NCBI GenBank assembly: GCA_002269645.1
Contig: NIVC01003361.1
Coordinates: 38,415 to 102,414, forward strand
Direction of reading: 5' to 3'
Source of the DNA: Macrostomum lignano
Lineage: Eukaryota
DNA: 64,000 bases
The notes under the pieces were generated by a model. The model ran no database searches and was not told where the DNA came from. It saw only the letters and a program-made list of their open reading frames with translations. The translations under genes were made by a program, and so were the position numbers. Of this stretch, positions 1-19,701 are shown piece by piece; within the stretch, counting starts at the first letter, position 1, and every line of letters begins with the position of its first letter.

Positions 1-580
1 CGCCCGCGGTTCTCGTCTCAACTGTTGGTGATGCAATTCGCTTCAAAGATCCCAGATAGTTGTAAGGCTGGCTATGGCTAGAGTCGGAGCACAGGTTTCG
101 GGATGGAAACTTTAGCATGTTGGCGAGAGTGTTCTGTGTCGGGCAGACTGCACTTGGTCTGCGAGCGGCAGTGCAGCGGCACTCGAACATCAATATGAAC
201 AAATGTACTCAAAAACATTAAAAATTCGCCACCTTTGAGAATGCGCAGTAAATTCTAGCTCAGTATTGACTTTTGAGTGATGCAACTTGCGTCAGAGTTG
301 CAGAGTTGGGCTGGATGAGGAGGGATTGGGAAGAGCGGAGGGCGAAGATTGGATGGATTGAAGCTTCCGCTGGTTTTAATTGTTTTTTCAAGCATTTTTT
401 ACTATTAAAATGGTTGGCCAGGTGATAGAAGCTGGTCGAAAGACACTGCTCACTGGGGCAAAGGGTGGCGACTTTTCAATGTTGCTGAGTATAAGTATTT
501 TTTTACATTAATTAGGAAACGAACGACATTTAAAGCCCACGCAAAGCTTAGTTGTTGGCAAATTTTTAGAACTATTTTGG

Positions 581-1100
581 GGTGCTTGCTATCTGGGATG
601 CTTGCTATCTGGGATGCTTGCTGTCTGGGATGCTTGCTGTCTGGGATGCTTGCTATCTGGGATGCTTGCTATCTGGGATGCTTGCTGTCTGGGGTGCTTG
701 CTGTCTGGGATGCTTGCTGTCTGGGATGCTTGCTGTCTGGGATGCTTGCTATCTGGGATGCTTGCTATCTGGGATGCTTGCTGGCTGGGATGCTTGCTGT
801 CTGGGATGCTTGCTGTCTGGGATGCTTGCTGTCTGGGATGCTTGCTATCTGGGATGCTTGCTGTCTGGGGTGCTTGCTGTCTGGGATGCTTGCTATCTGG
901 GGATGCTTGCTGGCTGGGGCATGCTATCTGCAGGGTGCTTGCTATCCGAGGGATGCTTGCTGTCTGGGGATGCTTGCTATCGGTGGGATATTTCTTATCT
1001 GGGAGGTGCCTGCTTTCTGGAGAGGTAGGATGCTTGCTGTCTGGGAGGATGTTTGCTGTCTGGGGGATGCTTGCTGTCTGGGGGATGCTTGCTGTCTGGG
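581..1100. repeat. 16-bp minisatellite (GGGATGCTTGCTGTCT/ATCT), about 30 copies
   Basis: Tandem unit read directly; it explains the three overlapping repetitive ORFs at 577-1243. Confidence 0.95.
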
Positions 1101-1513
1101 GAATGCTTTTTACGTGCTATTTAGGGGGAATGCCTGCTATCTTTGCGAAGGCTTCATTTTGTTATGTCCTTTTATTACTATTAGAAAAAAAGAGATTCAT
1201 AGCAAAGATCTTTGTCCGTGACAATTTTACTGGAATAAGGTGATTTATAAAACTGAAGAAGGAATTGGTTCTTAAAAAATTGTGGTTTTTAATTGATTTG
1301 CATAAATAATTTTTGATCCTTGATTATTGGGCGCCCGGAGGGGGGGGGGGCACTAGATTGCTAGTTTAGCACTATAAACATAAGGCTTGTCTATATTGAT
1401 GAAATCCAAATGCACTTATTTTTTGGCTTTTTGCTCATAAAGAAATTTCAGAATCTGGTAAACATTTTGAATCAATTTAATTGCACGTTCCAACTATTGT
1501 TTAAACTTGTAAT

Positions 1514-9539
<8,026 letters not shown>

Positions 9540-10346
9540 CCTGCAAGGAGCTCCTGAAGTCTCCACCGCGGCACCAAATCTCGAGCTGTGGTTTTCAGAG
9601 GCAGGACCGAAGAAGTTGGAAGTGACTCACTTATTATTGCAGCACCGGAATGATGGGCGTTGTTTCTGCGTATTAAAATGCAAATTAGGAAGGCGAAATA
9701 TTAATATCATTGCACGGCGTGATGACAAATATCACAGAATATTGCAGAAGGTTTATAACCCCTGTCTCTTCTTTTGATTCCTTCGAGCAATTGCTCAAGG
9801 GTGGTCGGGGGGGGAGGGCGTTCTCAGACTCTTACAGTCCGGCAAACTCGTTCAACTCACGCACCCGTTTCTATTCTTCTTTTTCTCTGTCTGTCCGAGC
9901 GAGTCTCCGCTGTTGCCCCGCCTTATTTGGTGTGGGGCTTTAAGTAAGCCTGGCGATGCACTTAAAGAACTGCAATACACGCAGTAATGCGTGCGATATG
10001 GACAGGGCGATGGAGGGCGTCTGGATGAGAGTTTGCTTGGTCTCACTTCTGTCCACTTCAGTTCTGAGGCTGCCGTTTCTCTTTTCAAATTTATTGCTGC
10101 TTGCTGTCTCTATATCTCTGTCTCTCGCTCTCTTCTAAAAGCAGATTCTGTTTAAACAGGCCCTATGAGCTGCGGCAGGGCAGGCCAACAGCTGTAGAAT
10201 AATCTTTTTATCCCTGACTGATGTAGCCCTAGCAACAATGAGAGAAACAATCGCAGGTCCAGCAGCAAATCGCGGATACGGGGCAGCGATTGGATCAGCG
10301 GGCGCTGTTTACAATTCCTATTATGGGGTACTGAGATTTCAGAGGT

Positions 10347-10348
<2 letters not shown>

Positions 10349-10418
<70 letters not shown>
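10349..10418. repeat. (AG)n microsatellite
   Basis: Direct reading. Confidence 0.97.
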
Positions 10419-10422
<4 letters not shown>

Positions 10423-10689
10423 TCTTGCCAATAGAGCTCAGCAATGAAAAAGGCTGCACACCACAAAGCTTGTGTGTTGATCGCCCAGATATCCTATAGC
10501 TAATACCAAATCCCAATCCTGGGATCCTCAGGAGGTGGAGTGAGTTGCGGCTAAATCTCTGGGATCTTCGCCCAATAGCGTGCGAATTGGGGATTTCTTC
10601 ATGGGAACAGAAAATTCTCCCCTGTCACCCCTGTCTGGGCCTGCGTCCATGATCAGCCTGACTCGATGCATGTATTAGCTAGCAGTTTT

Positions 10690-11545
10690 GTCTGGGGTGG
10701 CGCCAGAATCAACCCCTACAGTATGGGATGGCGCCAGAATCAACCCCTACAGTATGGGATGGCGCCAGAATCAACCCCTACAGTATGGGATGGCGCCAGA
10801 ATCAACCCCTACAGTATGGGATGGCGCCAGAATCAACCACTAAAGTATAGGATGGCGCCAGAATCAACCCCTATAGTATGGGATGGCGCCAGAATCAACC
10901 ACTAAAGTATAGGATGGCGCCAGAATCAACCCCTATAGTATGGGATGGCGCCAGAATCAACCCCTACAGTATGGGATGGCGCCAGAATCAACCCTTACAG
11001 TCTGGGGTGGCGCCAGAATCAGACTACAGTCTAGGGTGGCGCCAGAATCAGACCCTACAGTCTGAAGTGGCACCAGAAACAATCCCTACAGTATGGGGTG
11101 GCGCCAAAATCAACCCCTACAGTATGGGGTGGCGCCAGAATCAACCCTACAGTCTGGGGTGGCGCCAGAATCAGACCCTACAGTCTGAAGTGGCACCGGA
11201 ATCAATCCCTACAGTCTTGGGTGGCGCCAGAATCAAGCCCCAGAGTCTAGGGTGGCGCCAGAATCAAGCCCCAGAGTCCAGGGTGGCGCCAGAATCAAGC
11301 CCCAGAGTCTAGGGTGGCGCCAGAATCAAGCCCCAGAGTCTAGGGTGGCGCCAGAATTAGACCATACAGTCTAGGGTGGCGCCAGAATCAGACCATACAG
11401 TCTGGGATGGCGCCAGAATCAGACCCTACAGTCTAGGGTGGCGCCAGAATCAGACCCTACCGTCTGGGGTGGCGCCAGAATCAGACCCTACAATCTGGTG
11501 TGGCGCCAGAATCAGACCCTAGTCTGGGGTAGCGCCAGAATCAAA
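10690..11545. repeat. 30-31-bp minisatellite GGCGCCAGAATCAACCCCTACAGTATGGGAT
   Basis: About 28 units with a gradient of variants. Confidence 0.95.
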
Positions 11546-12021
11546 CCAAATTTTCAAACTGAACGACAAAAGTAAAGACTGAGATGCCATTGCCCCGTCA
11601 TAGCTGAGTGAGCTATTCATATGCATTGTAAGCCAATAGCTATTTTACGACTAGCATCGCAAGCAGAGGACCCGATGGTCATCGTTATGCAAGCCTAATC
11701 CTATCTTGCATTAATCTCGATCTGCGCGCTACGCACACTGCAGTGGTGCGGAGGGGTGTGTGGGAGTGGGTGGATGCCGCACTGATGTAAGTCAATACAC
11801 CGCCTATTAAGTCAATCAAAAGCGAAAGTCAGGCGAATATGGGTGCGCATTAGCAACACTAATAAGTGGGAAAATATTACATAGAAAGATTTGACGTAGA
11901 AAACGTTTGCGGGTGATATGAGCAAGCGCGCGCATTTGCACATGCACGCAGTGCGCAAGACACAAGAGCGCGAATATGTGCTCAAAGTAAATTCGGCATA
12001 GGGAGCAGAGCAGCCCAGCGG

Positions 12022-12822
12022 TAAGATTGGGTAGAGTGGGAGGTGGGTACAGTGGGAGGTAGGGTAGATTGGGAGGTGAAGTACAGTGGGAGGTGGGGTA
12101 GAGTGGGAGGTGGGGTAGAGTGGGAGGTGGGGTACAGTGGGAGGTGGGGTAGAGTGGGAGGTGGGGTAGAGTGGGAGGTGGGGTAGAGTGGGAGGTGGGG
12201 TAGAGTGGGAGGTGGGGTAGAGTGGGAGGTGGGGTAGAGTGGGAGGTGGGGTAGAGTGGGAGGTGGGGTACAGTGGGAGGTGGGGTAGAGTGGGAGGTGG
12301 GGTACAGTGGGAGGTGGGGTAGAGTGGGAGGTGGGGTACAGTGGGAGGTAGGGTAGAGTGGGAGGTGGGGTAGAGTGGGAGGTAGGGTAGAGTGGGAGGT
12401 GGGGTAGAGTGGGAGGTAGGGTAGAGTGGGAGGTGGGGGGTAGAGTGGGAGGTGGGGTAGAGTGGGAGGTGTGGTACAGTGGGAGGTGGGGGTAGAGTGG
12501 GAGGTGGGGTACAGTGGGAGGTGGGGTAGAGTGGGAGGTGGGGTATAGTGGTAGGTGGGGTAGAGTGGGAGGTGGGGTACAGTGGGAGGTGGGGTACAGT
12601 GGGAGGTGGGGTACAGTGCGAGGTGGGGTAGAGTGAGAGGTGGGGTAGAGTGGGAGGTGGGGTAGAGTGGGAGGTGGGGTAGAGTGGGAGGTGGGGTAGA
12701 GTGGGAGGTGGGGTACAGTGGGAGGTGGGGTAGAGTGGGAGGTAGGGTAGAGTGGGAGGTGGGGTAGAGTGGGAGGTAGGGTAGAGTGGGAGGTGGGGTA
12801 GAGTGGGAGGTTAGAGTGGGAT
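12022..12822. repeat. 17-bp G-rich minisatellite TAGAGTGGGAGGTGGGG (G-quadruplex-prone), about 47 copies
   Basis: Tandem unit with repeated G3/G4 runs. Confidence 0.95.
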
Positions 12823-13085
12823 GTGAACTGCCTAGGTGTTAGATAGGCAGATGGCCGAGTATCGGTGAAGCATCGTGCCCGAATCACTTGCTGGAGTCCC
12901 CGAGTTCGATTCCAAGCGCGACCACACTGAAACCCTCCGGATGCGATTCGTCAAGTTCCTGTGGGCGGCAACTTTCATTTGGGGCTTGTGTGCACGAGAA
13001 TTGGCCCGGGGGGAGTGGTGTCGTGCGATTCACACCCTTGGGGAACCCCCAAGAGTGCACATTAGAAAAAGTTGTACACCCTGCG
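12823..13085 (+). mobile_element. tRNA-derived SINE, copy 2 (head 12823-12955 plus body)
   Basis: A-box TGGCCGAGTATCGG, B-box GAGTTCGATTCC (about 12902); homologous to 8435-8568; body shares GTCGTGCGATTCACACCC with the 6.9-kb element. Confidence 0.7.
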
Positions 13086-13104
13086 TGAGTCTGCGTATCT
13101 GCGC

Positions 13105-13537
13105 AGAAGTGCACAGTCACACAAGCACACAGTGACAGAAGTGCAGTCACACAAGCACACATTGACAGAAGTGCAGTCACACAAGCACACAGTGACAGAA
13201 GTGCAGTCACACAAGCACACATTGACAGAAGTGCACAGTCACACAAGCACACATTGACAGAAGTGCACAGCCACACAAGCACACATTGACAGAAGTGCAC
13301 AGCCACACAAGCACACATTGACAGAAGTGCACAGTCACACAAGCACACAGTGACAGAAGTGCAGTCACACAAGCACACATTGACAGAAGTGCACAGTCAC
13401 ACAAGCACACATTGACAGAAGTGCACAGCCACACAAGCACACATTGACAGAAGTGCACAGCCACACAAGCACACATTGACAGAAGTGCACAGTCACACAA
13501 GCACACATTGACAGAAGTGCACAGTCACACAAGCACT
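13105..13537. repeat. 30-32-bp minisatellite GACAGAAGTGCA(CA)GTCACACAAGCACACATT
   Basis: Direct reading. Confidence 0.95.
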
Positions 13538-14079
13538 TAAATAACTCGTTGGTAAAAGACACAAAAACTTTGAGAAATCGAAATTGGTCTAAATATTTTG
13601 AAAGGGTCTGTGCAGACAATAGTAGGGAATAATATAAATAGCAATATAAGCAATTTATAGATATATATATTTAACACACTGTAAGGTAAGCCAACAACAA
13701 CTGATGCGCAGTATTTTATAAAGCAACACATTTAACGATTACTTTAATAGATGGGCCAATTATGCAATAATTAATACGATTATGACGATGAGAAGTCTCT
13801 TTAGGAAACTGAATTAAAACTTCAGGTAATAAAACTGGACGCAGAAGAGAACAGAAAACGGAAACAGGAGAAACATCATTGCAATGAAAAAAATCGCGCG
13901 CACAATATAAAACCTCTGCGTCCAGCACAACAGCGAGCAAAACCAAGGCTGGGACACAAGATGCTGCGACTTGCATAGCTGATAACCAGACCTTTATGAG
14001 ACTGGGGCGTCACGTGACACCGGACACGCTTAACACTGTTGCTGGCATGAGAGAATGAGGATCTGGGAAATTAACCAGC

Positions 14080-14770
14080 AGCTGGAGATCTGGGAGGGCG
14101 ATGGCCCAGCAACTGAGGATCTGGGAGGCTGTTGGCTCACCAACTGAGGATCTGAGAGGCTGGCCCAGCAACTGAGGATCTGGGAGGCTGGTGTCCCAGA
14201 AACTGAGGATCTGGGAGGCTGTTGGCTCACCAACTGAGAATCTGGGAGGCTGTTGGCTCACCAACTGAGAATCTGGGAGGCTGGCCCAGCAACTGAGGTT
14301 CTGGGAGGCTGGCCCAGCAACTGAGGATCTGGGAGGCTGGCCCAGCAACTGAGGATCTGGGAGGCTGTTGGCTCACCAACTGAGGATCTGAGAGGCTGGC
14401 CCAGCAACTGAGGATCTGGGAGGCTGGTGTCCCAGAAACTGAGGATCTGGGAGGCTGTTGGCTCACCAACTGAGAATCTGGGAGGCTGTTGGCTCACCAA
14501 CTGAGAATCTGGGAGGCTGGCCCAGCAACTGAGGTTCTGGGAGGCTGGCCCAGCAACTGAGGATCTGGGAGGCTGGCCCAGCAACTGAGGATCTGGGAGG
14601 CTGGCCCAGCAACTGAGGATCTGGGAGGCTGGCCCAGCAACTGAGGATCTGGGAGGCTGTTGGCTCACCAACTGAGAATCTGGGAGGCTGGTGGCTCACC
14701 AACTGAGGATCTGGGAGGCTGGTGGCTCACCAACTGAGGATCTGGGAGGCTGGCCCAGCAACCGAGGATT
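14080..14770. repeat. 28-bp minisatellite CTGGGAGGCTGGCCCAGCAACTGAGGAT with 31-bp variants
   Basis: Downstream of the NIPBL stop; same family as 15705-16475. Confidence 0.95.
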
Positions 14771-15510
14771 TGAGATGATCTCTAAGATTCTGTGACAAAG
14801 CCTCACAAGTTTGACTGGCATTCCGAATAACTGAATCGCCAAAGCCCCTGAGCCAAGGCGGCACGCAAAGAGAAAAGCAAAGCCAGCAAGCGGTACAGAA
14901 ATTGAACAACATCGAACGAACTAAGCGACAACTATTTTGTGCAAACAACGGACGCCACGAAGACTAAAAATGGTGTGTTGTGAGAACATCTTGCTAATAA
15001 AGAATTTCTTGATTCTTCTCTTTGACAAAAAGAGCTGTCTCTCTGCTAGGTAGAAACAGGCGAAGCAGAGCAGTGCAGCGGGAGAACTGGTATATAAAAA
15101 TTGATTATTTACAAGAGAAAAATTGGTGTGGGAGGGCAAAGACAGAAAAAAATAAAGGGACACAAAAGCAGGACATGTACTTTTCCGATCGCACTGCTAA
15201 ATTCTGGCTGTACACGAACAAGTTAGATAAGAACAAATAGTTGCTCAACTGTGCTCAAAGACAGGAGCAGCATGAACTGGCTGCCTCTGAAAGCTAGGAA
15301 ATTATAAACAAGCAAAGCTACAATAGAAAACCTAATTAGGCATTGCAATTGGGTAAGGAGACTGAAAATTGTTAGAAAAATCAAAACAAATTTGCTATTA
15401 TAGAATTACTCGTAATTTAACAACCCGGCTTATTTAAACTGTATTGCTTCTGCATAATGCCGCTGGGAGTTGCTGCTTCTGCTTTGAAAAAATACTGACT
15501 TCGCCACTGC

Positions 15511-15657
15511 TCAGTCCGACAGAGAGTCGGACTCATCGCTGGACGGACTGTCCTCGGACTCTTCGGACACCGAGGCCTTGCGCTTGCGACGGGCGCCGGC
15601 GCCAGATCTGGCAGCTGGGCGGCGCTTCCGCTGCTTCGGCATCTTGATGCGGGGCCC
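15511..15657 (-). CDS. NIPBL: NIPBL last coding exon (basic then acidic tail)
   Basis: cccacag|GGG CCC to TGA; [13 protein letters not shown]...SDESDSLSD*. Confidence 0.75.
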   Translation of the reverse strand, partial: GPRIKMPKQRKRRPAARSGAGARRKRKASVSEESEDSPSSDESDSLSD

Positions 15658-18600
15658 CTGTGGGATGGGCGGAGGGACTGAAATGTAAGGGCTGCGAGGG
15701 GAGAAAGGGATCTGGGAGGCTGGCCCAGCAACTGAGGATCTGGGAGGCTGGCCCAGCAACTGAGGATCTGGGAGGTTGGTGGCCCAGCAAGTGGGGATCT
15801 GGGAGGCTGGCCCAGCAACTGAGGATCTGGGAGGCTGGCCCAGAAACTGGGGATCTGGGAGGCTGGCCCAGAAACTGAGGATCTGGGAGGCTGGCCCAGC
15901 AACTGAGGATCTGGGAGGCTGGCCCAGCAACTGAGGATCTGGGAGGCTGGCCCAGCAACTGAGGATCTGGGAGGCTGGCCCAGCAACTGAGGATCTGGGA
16001 GGCTGGCCCAGAAACTGAGGATCTGGGAGGCTGGCCCAGCAACTGAGGATCTGGGAGGCTGGACCAGCAACTGAGAATCTGGGAGGCTGGACCAGCAACT
16101 GAGGATCTGGGAGGCTGGCCCAGCAACTGAGGGTCTGGGAGGCTGGCACAGCAACTGAGGGTCTGGGAGGCTGGCCCAGCAACTGAGGGTCTGGGAGGCT
16201 GGCCCAGCAACTGAGGATTTGGGAGGCTGGCCCAGCAACTGAGGATCTGGGAGGCTGGCCCAGCAACTGAGGATCTGGGAGGCTGGCACAGCAACTGAGG
16301 GTCTGGGAGGCTGGCCCAGCAACTGAGGATTTGGGAGGCAGGCCCAGCAACTGAGGATCTGGGAGGCTGGCCCAGCAACTGAGGATTTGGGAGGCTGGCC
16401 CAGCAACTGAGGATCTGGGAGGCTGGCCCAGCAACTGAGGATCTGGGAGGCTGGCCCAGCAACTGAGGATCTGAGAAGTTGGCCCAGCCCAAGTATGTCC
16501 CACACCGCACCGTGACTTACCTGGCTGCTGGCATCGCTGTTCGCTCCGTCATCGTCGGCAGGCACCGGCACCGCCGCCTCATCCGCAGCCTCTGATTGAA
16601 GGCCTGTCGGGCCCGCCATTCCGCTGTCTGGAAATGAAATTACGGCGATGCGGTTGGGTGGCTGCTGCACGCACGGCAAACAGAGAGACAGTCATTCACT
16701 CTCTGGGAGTGACTGGATGAGAGTGAATGCTATAGTAAGAATGGAATCATTACGCAGGGAGAGCCATTCCTAAGACTCTAAAGAGTGACATTGCCTACGA
16801 GTTACTTAGTAAGAGTGACATTTGTCTAGAGTGACCAAGAGTGACAATCCTACAGAATGAGCAATAAAGAGTGACAATCCTACAGAATGAGCAATTAGGA
16901 GTGACAATCCTACAGAATGAGCAATTATGAGTGACAATCCTACAGAATGAGCAATTAGGAGTGACAATACTACAGAATGAGCAATTAGGAGTGACAATAC
17001 TACAGAATGAGCAATTAGGAGTGACAATCCTACAGAATGAGCAACAAAGAGTGACAATCCTACAGAATGAGCAACAAAGAGTGACAATCATACAGAATGA
17101 GCAGTAAAGAGTGACAATCCTACAGAATGAGCAATAAAGAGTGACAATCCTACAGAATGAACAGTAAAGAGTGACAATCCTACAGAATGAGCAACAAAGA
17201 GTGACAATCCTACAGAATGAGCAATAAAGAGTGACAATCCTACAGAATGAGCAATAAAGAGTGACAATCCTACAGAATGAACAGTAAAGAGTGACAATCC
17301 TACAGAATGAGCAACAAAGAGTGACAATCCTACAGAATGAGCAATAAAGAGTGAAAATCCTACAGAATGAGCAATTAGGAGTGACAATCCTACAGAATGA
17401 GCAATAAAGAGTGAAAATCATACAGAATGAGTAATTAGGAGTGACAAAGGTAGGACTATCAATCTACACAGTGAGAATCGAGCCCCAAACTGACCAATTC
17501 TGGTGAGCTGCACTTTCAGATCCAAGCCCCGCTGCACAGCAGGGTGGTAGGGCAGCTGCTTGGCAGACACGGTGTCTCCGCTGAGCAGCCCAGCTGATGA
17601 GGTGCCGGCAGCAGCTCTACCGCCACCACCGCCGCCGCCCTCCTCATCTCCGCTGGCCCCGCCAGCATCATTGGGATCAATGGTGAGCATGAGATCCTCA
17701 AAGTCGAGAATGTCGGCGGCCAATTTCACGGTGGTTGGCCTGACCGACTCGGAGGCCAGGTAGTCAAGGCAGCGCTGCGGCCGGAAGCCGGGGATCGAAC
17801 GGCGATTGAGCGGCTTCTCCCAGGTCTTGGCCGAGTCGGAGGGCGAGTAGTTTTGCACCTTGGAGTCGCTAATTCCGTACAGCTCCTTGAGGTACTGCTT
17901 CAGCGACAGGAGCAGCGCAATGCCCCGGCTGTGGAGCAGGTAGTCCTCAACTGGAGCCGTGTGCGCCGGAATCCTGGTGGCCAGCATCTCCGGCGTGCAG
18001 CCGTCAGGCAGTTCCGTTCCAGGTGCGAAGCCCAAGTAGTCCTTGATGCTAGTTAACAGGGTGGAGCCGGCCACGGACACCAGCAGGTCCAGGTGGTGGA
18101 TCAGGAACAGCGGCTCCTCGGCCACTTGGTAGGGAAAAGAGGCCAGGTTGTCCGCCACGTACAGCAGCTCGGCGAGGGGGGCGCGCTGGGGGATGGAGGG
18201 GATGCGGGCATGTAGGCTGCGTAGCATGGACACAAATACTCACAGGTGGACAGGCTGTGGACACATTCACAAGAAAGAAGACACATCGGCAGACAGATGG
18301 ACACATTGGCAGACACAGATGGACACATTGGCAGACAGAGATGGACACATTGGCAGACACAGATGGACACATTGGCAAACACAGATGGACACAATGGCAG
18401 ACACAGATGGACACAATGGCAGACACAGATGGACACATTGGCAGACACAGATGGACACAATGGCAGACAGAGTTGGACACATAGGCAGACACAAATACAC
18501 ATTGGCAAACAAGAATAAACACCCGGAAAAGCAGACAGACAAATTTCCCAAAAGCAGATACAAAGCGAGAGCTGGATTGATTTCCAGTAACCATGGCAAC

Positions 18601-18994
18601 CAATTACTCCATTCTGTTTTCACTCAATATTTTTCTCCTTTTAGTTAAAAGCAAAAATGCAATTTTAAAACAGGGAGCTTTGAGCTGAATTTCTGACGCA
18701 ATCAGGCGAAGGCATCGGTGGGTGCTGAACAGCAGGACAAAGCAGCGCATTGTTGCTAGGATGCGAGCAGGAATATCGCCAGATTTTCATTCTATACGCA
18801 GGATAAGCCTGCCTTTGTGCTAGAGTGTCAGCCGTATCAAGGCAGAACAGATGCCTGAATATTAGCAAGCAGCTGAACAAGGCTGTCGCCATGGTAAACA
18901 GTTTTTTTTTATTTAGTCACACGCGCAGACATTTCCTTTAAGCATTTTTGCTGAAATATCGTTACAGACAGACAAAAGGACACATAGACAGATA

Positions 18995-19031
<37 letters not shown>

Positions 19032-19222
19032 CTAAGGCAGAGACAGACAGACAGACACTAAGGCAGACAGACAGACAGACACTAAGTCAGTCAGACAGAC
19101 AGACAGACAGACACTAAGACAGACATTAAGACAGGCAGGCAGACAGACAGACAGAGACAGACACTAAGACAGACAGTCAGTCAGACAGACAGACAGACAG
19201 ACACTAAGACAGACAGTCAGTC

Positions 19223-19263
<41 letters not shown>

Positions 19264-19430
19264 CTAAGACAGACAGTCAGTCAGACAGACAGACAGACAG
19301 AGACAGACACTAAGACAGACAGTCAGACAGACAGACAGTCAGACAGACAGACAGTCAGACAGGCAGGCAGGCAGGCAGATAAATAGACAGACAGACAGAC
19401 AGAGACAGACACTAAGACAGACAGTCAGTC

Positions 19431-19463
<33 letters not shown>

Positions 19464-19512
19464 CTAAGACAGACAGACAGACAGACAGACAGAGACAGAC
19501 AGACAGACAGTC

Positions 19513-19557
<45 letters not shown>

Positions 19558-19560
19558 GTC

Positions 19561-19599
<39 letters not shown>

Positions 19600-19670
19600 G
19601 ACAGACAGACAGACAGTCAGACAGACAGACAGACAGTCAGACAGGCAGGCAGGCAGATAAATAGACAGGC

Positions 19671-19701
<31 letters not shown>

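Noticed and set aside
1-200. Stop-free minus-strand frame as a further cadherin exon
   Set aside because: No TM or recognisable motif, weak acceptor; cannot be supported
577-1243. Three overlapping ORFs of 148-214 aa
   Set aside because: Translation of a 16-bp minisatellite that lacks stops; periodic peptide, no splice or homology support
12840-12925. Functional tRNA gene
   Set aside because: A and B boxes are present but the acceptor stem does not pair; a diverged second copy indicates a SINE
11982-17421. Long Pro/His/Ser-rich ORFs (301, 420, 330, 325 and 208 aa)
   Set aside because: Derived from 17-, 28- and 30-bp arrays; only the short flanking NIPBL exons are real
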